Notes under the pieces: model-generated | Databases searched by the model: none | The model's input: the letters and a program-made list of their open reading frames with translations, nothing else | Told to the model about the DNA's origin: nothing | Position numbers and translations under genes: made by a program | Assembly: GCA_964016885.1 (NCBI GenBank) | Contig: OZ024740.1 | Coordinates: forward strand, 386,446,001-386,510,000 | DNA: 64,000 nt | DNA from: Eledone cirrhosa | Taxonomy: Eukaryota | Direction of reading: 5' to 3' | In this document: positions 34,893 to 48,383 of the stretch, piece after piece | How positions within the stretch are numbered: position 1 is the first letter of the stretch | Layout of the letters: each line of letters begins with the position of its first letter

Positions 34893-37800
34893 AATAATAT
34901 CAGCTTACGCACCCCAATCGGGGCTGCCAGACGAACTTAAGGATAGGTTTTACGAGTCCCTAATACACACTACTGCTCTAACAGACGACAAGGACTTCCT
35001 AATCATCGCAGGAGATTTTAACGGACACGTAGGTAAACACTGCGACGGCTTCAATAGAGTACATGGAGGCCATGGAGTTGGCACAAGGAATGAGGAAGGA
35101 TTCAGACTTCTAGAATTCTGCGACGCCAATGACATGTCGATATGTAACACAAACTTTAAAAAACCCGACAACCACCTGATCACCTATAGATCAGGGGAGC
35201 ACTCTAGTCAGTTAGATTTTATCCTCATCAGAGGACGTGACAGATGGACGGTCGTAAACACAAAAGCCTTCCCTAGTGAGGAATGTACATCCCAACATAG
35301 CTTAGTTGTCAGCGACCTCACGGTCAGAACTAGACGAACCCGGAAACAGAGGCCAACCTGGAGAAGAAAGATCTGGAAGCTGAAAGTCCCCTCAACCAGT
35401 AACATATTTAAAGATATTTTACTCAACGCCTACGACAGTAAAGAAGAACAGATAGAGACATTTAACGTAGAAGAGAACTGGGAGTTCCTAAAAAATAATT
35501 TACTAGAGGCGACGGATGAGGTCTGAGGCTGGAGTAAGACCTCAAGCAGGAGGAGAGTGACTTGGTGGTGGAACAATAAGGTAGATGAAGCAGTTAAGGC
35601 CAAGAGACAGGCATGGAAAGAATGGAAGAACGGGGGGAGCAGGGTACATTACATAGAGACCAAGAGGGAAGCTAGGCGACAAGTATACTTAGCTAGGAGG
35701 GAAGCAGAGGATAGAAAACTCAAGCATGTTTTACAACGTGGGGACCAGAAACAGGAGGTATTCAAGATTGCGAGGCAGTGTGTCAGAGATAGTTGTGATG
35801 TCATTGGAGAGAAGTGTATCTGGAATGATAAAGGTGAGCTTGCCCTCACAAGTGCTGAGAAGAAAGATGCATGGAAGAGTCATTATGATAGATTACTAAA
35901 CGAGGAGAATGCATGGGAAGAAGAGACCCTACCCCAAGTAGACCCTATAGAGGGACCAGCAGTACAAGTCAGCAGCAGCGTAGTAAGTAAGGCAATCAAA
36001 GATATGAAGATGGGGAAGGCAACCGGTCCATCGGGTATAGCTACCGAGATGCTGAAGGCATCTGGGTCTGTAGGTCACACTATAACCACACGTATCATTA
36101 ACCAGGTAATACTAGAAGGGGCCATACCAAAAGATTGGTGCAGTAGCATCATTGTCAACTGCTACAAAGGTAAAGGCGATGCACTAGATAGAGGAAATTA
36201 TAGAGGTATAAAGTTGATGGACCAGGTCATGAAAGTAACAGAAAGAGTTATAGCACAGCTGATTAGGGATCGGGTGAAAATAGACGAGATGCAATTTGGG
36301 TTTGTACCAGGAAGAGGCACCACTGATGCCCTCTTCCTTGTGAGGCAATTACAGGAAAAGTACCTAGCTAAAAGTAAGCCACTCTACTTGGCATTTGTCG
36401 ACCTTGAGAAAGCCTTTGACAGAGTTCCACGTGTTGTAATCTGGTGGGCTCTTAGAAAACTAGGAGTAGATGAATGGCTTGTGAAAGCGGTACAAGCCAT
36501 GTATAGGGGAGCAGTCAGCAAAGTTAGGATTAGCAATGAGTATAGCGAGGAATTTAGCATACAGGTTGGGGTCCACCAGGGCTCTGTTCTTAGCCCTCTC
36601 CTGTTCATCATAGTCCTGCAGGCAATAACGGAGGAGTTTAAGACCGGATGCCCATGGGAACTCCTGTATGCTGATGACCTCGCACTCATAGCTGAATCTA
36701 TGGTAGAACTAGAGAATAAATTCCAAACCTGGAAGCAGGGACTAGAAAGAAAGGGTCTCAAAGTCAACATGACAAAGACTAAGGTCCTTGTAAGTAGGCG
36801 AGAAAACAGAACCCAGATCCCCTCAGGGAAATGGCCTTGCTCAGTATGTAGGAAAGGTGTAGGTAGGAACTCCATTCTCTGCCCCAAATGCAAACAATGG
36901 GTACACAAGTGATGTAGCAATTTAATAATAATTAAGAATGTAGGATTCACATGCAGCAGCTGTGCTGAAACAGCAAGCAGCAAACAGCCACAGGAAACAA
37001 GTACCACCAATCTCTGGGAGGGCTCTGTAGAAACAGTAGACAGCTTCTGCTACCTAGGTGACCGAATTACCAACGGAGGTGGGTGTTCAGAAAGTACAAT
37101 AACTAGGGTAAGAACGGGATGGAAGAAGTTTAGGGAACTACTACCACTGCTAGCTGCAAAAGGCTTCTCCCTCAGAATAAAAGGCAGACTGTATGATGCG
37201 TGTATCTGAACAGCGATGTTGCATGGTAGTGAGACCTGGGCGCTGAAGGTGGAAGACTTACGTAGATTAGAGAGAAACGAAGCCTGCATGCTCCGATGGA
37301 TGTGTAACAGTAATATACGTGAACGACAAAGCATAAATGAATTGAGAGAGAGACTGAGCATAAGAGAAATCAAATGCTGTGTGCAGGAGAGGCGGTTGTG
37401 CTGGTATGGACATGTGATGCGTATGAAGGATGACAGCTGCATAAAAAGGTGCAGAGCACTAGAAATTGATGGAAACCGCGGAGTGGGGAGACCCAAGATG
37501 ACCTGGGATAAGGTGATAAAAGCCGACCTTACCCAATTACACCTCTCAAAGACAATGACACATGACCGAGACTTCTGGCGTCACGCAGTAATACAGAGTA
37601 CCCGACCTCCCATGGGTACATGCTGAAGCATATAAACAATATGCCCCCACACCCCTCACCGCAAGGTGGTCGTGGAGGTGCCACGGCAAAAAAGCACCCA
37701 GCCCACACTGTAAAGTGGACGTGTAGGCGCCACGAAAAAGCACCCAGCACTCACTGTAAATGAGGTTGGTGTTAGGAAGGGCATCCAGCTGTAGAAATCA

Positions 37801-37918
37801 AGCCAAATCAGTTCCTGTATGAGCAAGGCATGGTCAGCCGACCAGACACTGCACACAACAGGACAACCCGTCTAACCCATGCTAGCGTGGAAGAACGGAC
37901 GTAAAACGGTGATGATGA
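34893..37918 (+). mobile_element. RTE family 2 LINE, 5'-truncated within the APE domain, with few inactivating stops
   Basis: ISAYAPQ, AGDFNGHVG, SQLDF, a 451-aa RT-containing ORF (LLYADD), PHD-like finger and (GAT)n tail. Confidence 0.96.
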
Positions 37919-38822
37919 GGCCTGTGTATTAACATTTTACAGAGGAATTACAAATTACATATTGTTTAATATGAAGATTGAATCTAATAAGAACCAATAT
38001 TATGTCAGAGAGTTCAGTGCAACAAATTGTCTTATCTGTAACATTAGGATATTTAGCAAGTGGCAGCCTTATCCTTGTTTTAACACTTTCATTAACATAT
38101 TTGTAATGAAAGACACTGCCTATAACTTTCAAATCCTTTTGAAAATAATCAAGTATTTAGAGGGATTACTGAGAGCATAACTTAACAAAACCTCTTACAT
38201 AAAATTATGGTGGAAGGTTTTAGATAAATGTAGTCATTTTAAAATAAACAGTTTTTGTATTGTAAACCCATGGGTAGTTTCAGGTAGTTTGGTATCAAAA
38301 GGGTTAACTATTTTTGTAGTCTTTTACTATACAATGGAAAATTTGCATATTCACACAATTTCTCTTGTGTTCTGAATTGCATTTTTAAGATATCCATTTC
38401 TTATTTTAAAATATTTCTCTAACAGTTTTGTTTCAAGGAAAACAACAGTTAGACAAATTCAACAGTTAGTTGAATTCTAAAGATCATTGTTAATAAGACA
38501 GAATTTTGTATCAACCAAAAAGTATTCTGACAAATGGTTTGGGTATTAAGTCCTTCATGGCTCCTTGTCATTATTTTGAAATCATAAAATACAAAATATA
38601 AATATGACACTCAAGATTGTTCAAATTGGATTTAAGATAATTCTCGATGAAGATGATATTACTGATTCCATAATAGCAATCAATGGTATTGTAGGTGTGT
38701 TGTAATGACATACAGTCTGTCTTGGGTATTTTAAACCCGGTGGCATCCCTCTCCAGGTTTGGCTATAGCCAGTTTCTTCCAGAGAGAGATAGAGATAGAT
38801 AGAAAGATAGATAGATAGATAG

Positions 38823-38923
<101 letters not shown>

Positions 38924-41619
38924 TGGACTGGTATCCTATCTTATTGATGCCAAAAGAATGAAAGGCAAAGTTGGCTTTGGTGAGATCTGAGTGCAGAGGT
39001 AATATACAATCAAATTAAAGAATCATAAAAACCACCCAAGGGGACTCCCAACTCAGCTCTCCTTCTCTCCTAGTCCAAACACACACACACACATACACAC
39101 ACTTACACACTCACATCACAACACCCATCGGAGTCAAATGACTGAGACACAAACTTCCTCTTCTCACAATGAGGAAGAGGGAAAACCCCAAAAGCCCAAG
39201 AAAAAAAAAAAAAGAAATATAAAAAAAAACATCCTGCACCATTCCAAAGAAAACCAACACAACACACACACACCAAACACAGACACATCTCAAACTACAG
39301 TGACTCCAAATACCGACATCAACACCACAAGCCAAACCACCAACAATACAACAACCACATCCAGCCACAAAAAGAAAACACAAACAACAAGATAGTCTCA
39401 CAAATTCAAGAACAATCAAACACACCACTTCAAACTTTCTGCTACGGAAAAGGGCAAATGAATGACTGAAGTCCCTTGTAGCATGAAGAGAGGACATAAA
39501 AACAGAGTGGGGATTGATTTAGTACCAGTACTTTCAAGATAGTGCAAACTTTATTAATAGCATATATGTCTCTACAGATATACAAAAGCATGAGGGAGAG
39601 CTACCCCCATGATGTGGGAATCTTTAACATAAAAGTTACAAATAGGCTTTTAAAAGGAACTTATTTCATGATGTTTTTTATAAACTATTATTTTCTAAAT
39701 CTGAGGGTGCATGAAAAGTAGACCACTGCCAGCCAGTGTCCCCTGACTCTGGTGATGAGCCTAAAACAGTTTCCTACTATCATACTCTCTTTGGAAAATC
39801 ACAGAATTGACTCATTAAGTAAAATAACAGCATTGGCCCTCAAGCTCTTCTATTGAAAACTATATCAAGATTCAAATTTTCATAGAGAACGTCTTGAAGT
39901 TATTTCAGATCCAATTCATTTATAAAGGTTTCAAGTATAAAAATGTGATTGACACAGTCATTTAACTATCAAGTCTTCACTAAATCTTTTGTTAACCATG
40001 GCCTATTTTAGTTCCTTTGTACTCAGTCAGAACAGCTGCCACGAAGCATTCTTCCATATGTAGCTGTTTCGTTGCTGTCTTATACAACATAGAGAATAGA
40101 ACTTTCAATTACTTTTTTTTATAAATCAACAAATATAAGGTGATTTATTTTTTCTGTTTTTAAGATTAATTCTGTTCATACCATATCTAATTTCTACCTT
40201 TACTATGTCTTCCCTGCCATTTTTAATACGTTTTCCATTTATTTTCACTTTATGATTCTTTTTCCCTATAAATTAGAATTTAACAATGATAATGTTGAGC
40301 TAGATTTTTAGGAATGACATCTTTCTATGTGATTTTTATGGTTAAGTGAAGGATTACTGTTAACACCCTAAGGCTTTCATCTTGTTAGTGATTATTCTGA
40401 TAGTTTTTTTTAAAGCTATATGTTATGAATAACCTAACAATTTCTGTTGGCTAATTTCTATAGCTTATTTTGACTTTCTTTATTGCATTCATATTTCTTA
40501 TTGAGAAAACTTTTTCTATTGTAACACATCCATAGGACAAATGTGTTCAAATCATTATGGTCCCCATCCCACCAATGGAATATTGAATTTCCTGACAGAC
40601 TACTTTGCAACTATACATTTTATCCACCTCCCATTCTTTTATCTATTATTATCTGATCGACCATACTATTTCATTGTCATCTCTGCTGTGTAGTTTAATC
40701 TTTGCCCCTCTGGGTACAAATTTCATCTATGATTCATACTAGCTTGTCTGTTGAGATTTCCCCCATCAGATGTTATCAATGCATTTTACATGGCCACATC
40801 ACTGCATCTATCTCACCTACACACAATGACTCAAGTCATCAAGAAAGTCTCTATGTGGTTGCTTGACTTGCGAGAAATAGCAGCCTATTTTGCCATAAAG
40901 TATGCTATAGAAATTAGCAATTGTCTTAAACATGCAGATGACATTGGATAAAGTAGCTTTAAATATATGGTCCCGCAACTCCAGATAGAGTTGCAGGGGC
41001 ATATTGACATATGGCGTTACTTTGGCATTTTTTAAGCCTGGCAGAGCCCATCCCTGAGTACAGCAGATTTCTTCCAGAGAGGAAGAATTGACCCTAGTAC
41101 TAGACTGTTACTTTTTTTATCGACCTCGAAAGGATGAAAGATAAAGTTGACCTCGGTGGGATTTGAACTCAGAGAGCAAAGAGCCAGAACGAATACCATA
41201 AAGCATTTTATCCAATATTCTAATGACTCTGCCAATTTGCTGCCTATATACATGGTGCATGAATAAAAGTTGGCATAGCCATGCTGGAATGCTTTTAATC
41301 ATAGGTCTACTTAATCATGGCTGATCTGGGATAAGCATCAACAACACTAACACACACTGGCTGATACCTTTAACACAACAACTTGTTATCTGAGTTACAT
41401 CCCACTTTTCAGCTAATTGAATTTTCAAATCCGGAGAATCATATTCAACTTATTCCTTTCCAGTTTCTAAACATTGTATATATTTAATGCCCATGTCTCA
41501 CTATTCCTAACACATGCTTCATAGAGTTTGTCTTGGTAACAGAAGAAATTGTTTCTTGCCAACAAACATAATAATTCTTCCATGTCTTTCTTTATCCATT
41601 ATTATTTCACTGTCTATAA

Positions 41620-41995
41620 CCTTAATTAGGTCACCTGGGTAACAGAAGCTATCTTCTACATCTAATAAGCCATTTGAGCTGTCAATGGACTTTGCTTCCT
41701 ATTATTTGCTAATTAGTATTTTGTTATTTGCTATGTTGATCTTTAACTCTTTGGAATAGACTTGAAACTTTCTCTGTAATTTTTTAACTGATTATACAAT
41801 GAGAATCAAGTTATCAACATATAACAGGTCTCAAGGGCATCTTGTCTAGGCCTGAATTCCTGTGCGACTCTATCAAGAACTATAATGAAAATAAGCGGAT
41901 TAAAAATTGAGTTATGAAGAAAATCTTCCTGTATTCTAAATATTTCACTAAATTCTATACTAATCCTTACCTTGTTTGCTGTTGAGTCATACAAG
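41620..41995 (-). pseudogene. Highly decayed RTE RT fragment
   Basis: KVRISIEFSEIFRIQ...NPLIFIIVL and SFCYPGDLI remnants. Confidence 0.65.
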
Positions 41996-42407
41996 GCTTA
42001 AGTGGAGGCCTGTCACCAACCTTGGTGCTTGGGGAAAGGGGGGGGGGGGGCATCTTCATAACATTCTGGGTAGGGTACTCTAGTTCACAATAATTTTAAG
42101 GCAGCTTTTCAGTCAGGATAAGTATATTCCCCATACATTTGAGGGTGCATCATTGAAAAGAATGGGAGTGGGATGCCTTCCAGTACTCACCCTTGGTGGC
42201 AGATTCACTTGAATGGTTTTGCTTGGGCCAATTATCCACTCACCACTCTCTTGGAACACTGTCAAATATATTTTTAATTTTTTTCTCATGTAAGACATAG
42301 TTATTTGTCCTTAGCTAAGAAGTTAAAGAATACATTGATATTTCTTACCCCACTTTGAACAAATTTCTCTCTGTTAAACATTTTAATTGCACATTATAAT
42401 CTCTCTA

Positions 42408-42597
42408 GGGTGGTGAATTGGCAGTATTGGTAGAGGGTTGGACGCCATGCTTTCTAGCATAGTTACGTCCCTTTACAGTCTGAGTTCAAATCCCGCCGAG
42501 GTTAACTTTGCCTTTCATCCTTACGGGGCCGATAAAATAAAGTATCAGTAATGTACTGGGTAATTGCTGGCCTTGTGCCTAAAGTAGAAACAATTAT
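42408..42597 (+). mobile_element. tRNA-derived SINE (second family)
   Basis: gggtggtgaattggcagtattggtagag...gagttcaaatcccgccgagg. Confidence 0.85.
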
Positions 42598-43099
42598 AAT
42601 CTCTCTATTGATTTTCTTCCTGCTCCCCCTCTGTATTGAATAAATGAACAGCTCTGATTTAGGTTCACCTACATTATTTTATATATCTTTTTTACAAAAC
42701 TGCCTGAAACCCAACTGGTTCTATGATAAAAATTTTATGTAGGAACATTTAAGATATGTTCCAAAAACTAGATAAATAATTAGAAAGTTATATTACTAAA
42801 TCCTTCCAAATTTTATATTATTTTCAAAATGATTTGAAAACAATATGCAGTGTCTTTCTTCTATATAATCGCAGGCGTGGCTGTATGGTTATAAAGTTTG
42901 TTCCGTAACAATTTGCTTCTGTGTTCAATCCTGCTAATATAGCTATAGTTGTACTTCATATACATGAATATATTAGTCATCTACAACAGTGTGAGTGTGT
43001 GTCCATGAAATATATACATATACACCAGATCTGAACACAAAGAAACCAAACTCTCTCTGTCACTGCCTCTGTCTCTCCAACTCTCTCCTTCTCTCACTA

Positions 43100-43215
43100 T
43101 TATGAGCAAATGGGGGCCCACACGCTGGCTGCCTTGTGGCCCCAGTAGACAGAATAGAGAAGGCATTTCCCAGAGGATGGTGATGGAGATGTGCTGGAAG
43201 AGCCATTCCCGATTG
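43100..43215 (-). pseudogene. CRE-clade 3' end fragment
   Basis: REWLFQHISITIL and GNAFSILSTG, matching 17145-17215. Confidence 0.7.
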
Positions 43216-43580
43216 CAAGTTAGAAATAGGGTAACAAAAGGGATAAACTCTGCCTTGACTCTCAACACTGCTGTCTTCTCTTTCCCTCTTATCCTGCACC
43301 GTATCCCACACATTTTTCTTTCCTCAGTTTATTTCCACAATTTATGTACTAGCTCTGACAAAGAACCCCCCCCCCTTTTTTTTTGTCATGCGTTGCCTTC
43401 TCCTATCCTATATTTTTACTTTGCTATAACACTTTCTACCACCTATAATGCCATTTTCATTTCTTTCTTTTCAATTTGGAATTGTCTTTTTTCTTTAGTT
43501 GACCACCAAAGAAATTAATAATGATAATGTTGAACCAGATATTCGGAATAACATCCTTCTTTATTATTTTTATGGCTAAG

Positions 43581-43768
43581 AGGGCGGTGAATTGGCAGTA
43601 TCGGTTTAGGGTCGGACATGCTTTCCAGCATAGTTACGTCCCTTTACGATCTGAGTTCAAATCCCGCCGAGGTTAACTTTGTCTTTCATCCTTACGGCGT
43701 CGATAAAATAAAGTACCAGTAATGTACTGGGATAATTGCTGGCCTTGTGCCAAAAGTAGAAACAATTA
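43581..43768 (+). mobile_element. tRNA-derived SINE (second family)
   Basis: Near copy of 42408-42597. Confidence 0.85.
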
Positions 43769-44709
43769 TTTTGATAGCTAAGTGAAGGATTACTGCTAAG
43801 CACCATAGGGTTTTTATCATGCCAGTTGTTTGTTATGTTATTTCACCTAACAATTCCTGACTATTTTCTGTAGCTTATTTTGACATTCTTTATTACATTC
43901 ATATTTCTTTCTTTTTTTATTTCATTTTTCTTCTAAATTATCATTTCATAAACTTACAACCCTATAATTTGCTCTTAGAGAGAGATCCACCTCAGAAGAA
44001 ATGGGGTGTTTACAGCTGCAAAATGAAGGAACATCCCATCCTGAAATGAAAATGGCCAGCTTTGAACAGGAGAAAAAGTAAAAAATGACAAAAAAGGGCC
44101 CTTAACCCCCGATTGAATCATAAAGGTGCCATCATGACACACAGTGTATTTTGGGAATTTAAAAGCTGATGGAGAGCATTCCTCTTCAGGTCTTCCAGAG
44201 AAGGAGAGAAAGTGAGAAAAAATTGACCTCAGTAAAGAGAAATAAACAACCCCAGTACAGGATTGGTATTTTATTTATCGACCTTGGAATGATAAAAAGC
44301 AATGTTGACTCTGGCAGGAGCTGGAACAAATACCAAGGCTTTTATCAAATGCCCTAACAACTCTGTCAGTATAATGCCTTCATGAGTATCAATTAATCTA
44401 TGTTTAAATCTAGAGAAGAATAGGGCATATTGAGGACAATATGCCCAAGACACTATTGTACTCTCACAACTCCACCAGTTATTATGGATCCATAGGAATA
44501 GACACAAAGGTTAAAAGCAAACCATGATCTTTGATTTCAACTTTGCCTCCTTCACCAAATATTCATCTTCCCTTACAACCTTGACAAAGTCTATGAAAAA
44601 TAACAAAAAACAATTTGCTGGAGAATTTTCATGCTGTTATGCCAATATCCATGGAATTCAATTCAACCATATCATGCAAAGCTTATCTTACTCATTTCTG
44701 AAACACAAA

Positions 44710-45300
44710 ACTATATCCTCTATATCTAACCCTATATCCTCTATATCTAACCCTATATCTTCTATATCTAATTCTATATCCTCTATATCTAACCCTATAT
44801 TCTCTATATCTAATCCTATATCCTCTATATCTAACCCTATATACTCTATATCTAATTCTATATCCTCTACATCTAACCCTATATCCTCTATATCTAACCC
44901 TATATACTCTATATCTAACCCTATATCCTCTATATCTAACCCTATATACTCTATATCTAACCCTATATCTTCTATATCTAATTCTATATCCTCTATATCT
45001 AACCCTATATTCTCTATATCTAATTCTATATACTCTATATCTAAATATATATTCTCTATATCTTACTCTATATCCTATATAACTAACCCTATATCCTTTA
45101 TATCTAACTCTGTATCTAAGTCTATATATAACAGTATACACTTTATATTTAACTCTATATCCTCTATATATAACTATATCTAACTCAACTCTATATCCTC
45201 TATATCTAACTCTATATCTTCTATATCTAACTCTATGTCTAACTCTATATCTAACTCTATGTCTAACTATATATTTAACTCTATATTTAACTCTAATATC
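44710..45300. repeat. 21-bp minisatellite (ccctatatcctctatatctaa) decaying into 12-bp units
   Basis: Direct tandem periodicity. It explains the SISNPI and YRVRYR ORFs. Confidence 0.95.
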
Positions 45301-47471
45301 TACCTTTTGGCCCACACAACCTTCCAATTTCATTTCAAAAGATAATATAATATCTAATCTCACTAACATTCACCTCTTTCAACTGTACACCAACAAAACA
45401 AAAAATGGTCCAGTTACTCTGGCTGAAAGTCTTTGTATCTGTGTTATTTCTCTTCCTCTCTACCAGTAGTTACTTGACTATTTCTTATCTTGTATTAACC
45501 CTTTTGTTACCATATTTGTAATGAAAGACACTGTATAGGATTTTAAGAGATTTAGTTATATAACTTCTTCAATATTAAACTGGTGTTTGCAACATAACAT
45601 AAATGTTTTTACATAAAATTATATGTAAAATAAATTATATGTAAAATAAATATAAACTCTTTAGAATAAACAGTTTGTATCATAGAACCAGGGTTAGATT
45701 GAGGCATGTTGGTATCAAAAAGAGGAATGATATCTACATCAACACAGCTGTCATTGAAGTCCTCTTATTTGGGATTTCAATGTACATAATACTTCTTAGT
45801 TCTTGCACTTCTTCCCCACAGATTGCTGGCACTGTGGCCCAACTATTTTTCGTTCTGATGTACCTGCACCAGCTCCTCACTGGTGCATAAATACTCCAAA
45901 CACATTCCTTCTTCTCATCATCATAACCCATTTTGTGATCATATTTTTAATGAAATAAACTGTCTTTGTGTTTTTATCAGTTTTTAGAAATATCTAGTAA
46001 AACAAATATCTTTTTCATTATTTAAGATGGCATATGAAGCATAACTTAACAAATTGTCTTATATTAAATTATGTTGGGAGGTTTAGATTTAAATAACAAA
46101 CATTGTAACCCTTTTGATACCAACCCAGCCAAAACAACTTCTGGTTCTATGAAACAAAACCACCCATTTTAAAGAGTTCCTATTTAAATTAAAATCTTTC
46201 AACATAGTTTTATATAAGAATTATATGTTAAGTTACTACCTTACTAATTAATTAAATTAATTAAACTCTTCATTAATTAATTGAAATACAGTCACAAAAG
46301 GGTTAAAACAGACAGTTTTATATAATAGAACTGGAGGTGGTTTCAAGTGGGTTAGTGTCACAAGGTTTGAATACAAACTTTATTTGGTTATCTCTGCATC
46401 TACCTCTATTGGATCATATGATAACTCCATAATCATGGCAACTCATTCCATATCATCCTAATGTAAAACTCCTTTACCTACCCAAACTTTCTGGTACTTT
46501 CAAGTCAGCTAGTTAACATTCCTGTATTTTAATTACACAAATATTTCACACTGTAAGCAGGAAGAGAGTAAAAAAATAATTGTTTCTACGTTAGGCACAA
46601 GGCCAGCAATTACCCAGTGCATTACTGGTACTTTATTTTATCGACCCCGTAAGGATGAAAGGCAAAGTTAACCTCGGCGGGATTTGAACTCAGAGAGTAA
46701 AAAAATAATGAAATAAAATGGGAAAGCATGGAGCTGATTCTACACCCCTGGCTAAGTGGTGTATTTCAACTGTTCCCTGCGGACGAGATTGCAAAAGCGT
46801 TGCCACGAAGATCAGCTAGATATCAGCATGTTACATTGACCATTCCACCTCATGGGGTTCCTTCCTAATGTGACATTCACTCATCACAATTTTGCACTCC
46901 AAAGATCAAGAAAACCAGATATCTTAATAGCAACTGGTATGAAAAGAAGTGATCAGTCAAGTCTCAGTATTTGGATATCTTCCACTCCTCTGTAGTACCT
47001 AGGTTTCTGGTCAAAGTCACAAGGTTGGAACTGGAGAAAGTGTCACATGTGGTGTTCCAAATTAGAGATTTATCTCCCTCAAACAGAAAAGGGTTACCTC
47101 ATCTGGGCATTAACTATGACAACATTTAAGGTTGGCAGGTTCCAGTTGTGATGAGAAAATGGCCATGTCATGGTAGGAGCTTTGCCATTTGTATATTGGC
47201 TACTCTTGGCAAAAAATGTACTTTATTTCTAACTTATCCAAGACAGCTAGATTAATGATTCATACCATACTCCTAGGCATGCTTCCCATTACATTTCTAT
47301 CATAACCAAATCCCGCAATCCTCCAGGTGGTTTCCTATCAATTGTGCTGATTAAATCACATTTATATTTGTACAATAATTAATTAAGTGTTTAGAGCCTC
47401 AAAGGGAACTTAATCCGATCATGGAGGGACACACTGGACAATGTAGTCCTAGATGTACAAAGATACTAGAT

Positions 47472-48383
47472 CAGGAGTTGGCAACCCCTGGCTCGTAGGC
47501 CGCATCTGGCCTGCCAAGGATTTTTGTCTGGCCCGCCAACAGGTTTCAATCTTAGGCTAAGCGATCCCTGAAAAAATGCTCTGAATTATTTTGGATTAGA
47601 ATACCAACTAGAGAACGCATGACCCACTTAGCTGAATGTAACTTTTTGTGTCACAGTTACAAACAATCAAACTCAGACAGATAGAATAGTCAGACATCGA
47701 AGTCAAGGAGACTATCTGTGTGTGTATCCATGTATATACGTACATACATAGTATGTGTATGGCAGGGATGTGGAATAACCCAGACTAACCTAAAACAAGT
47801 TAGTGTGTCTGGCAAACAGTTATTTCATTTCATCCTCAAAATGTTTCATTTGAGTTTGCTGTCTGGTAGTAAAACATCTGTGAGTGTCTGTATTCAATAA
47901 TAATCAATATTTATTTATTTTTCTATGTTAAAAGTGTTCAGCATTATTAGAAGTAAATTTGTTCATGAAACAAATGGCAACCCTGATCTAAATACACTGC
48001 CAGGTATTGTAGTTTTGTCATAGTTTATTAAAAATGTCATAGTATTTTATCATATTACTGTATTTGTTTTTACATATGTTCTTATTACTTATTTGATATC
48101 ATGGCCCACTGACGAGATACTGCCTAGCAATGTGGCCCACTGCCGAGACACTACATAGCAATGTGGCCCACCAATGAGACACTACATAGCAATGTGACCC
48201 GCCAATGAGACACTACATAGCAATGTGACCCGCCAATGAGACACTACATAGCAATGTGGCCTGCCAATGAGACACTACATAGCAATGTGACTCGCCAATG
48301 AGACACTGCATTGCTATGTGGCCTGCTCACGAAACACTGCACATCTATGTGGCCCACACACATCAAAAGGTTGCTAACCCCTG
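47472..48383. mobile_element. hAT/Charlie-like non-autonomous DNA transposon with an internal 31-bp minisatellite
   Basis: TIRs caggagttggcaacc / ggttgctaacccctg. The 8-bp flanks tactagat/ttgtagat resemble a decayed TSD. Subterminal ggccc motifs. Confidence 0.75.

Noticed and set aside
48101-48357. CRISPR-like array
   Set aside because: Contiguous tandem units with no unique spacers, no cas genes, and a eukaryotic context.
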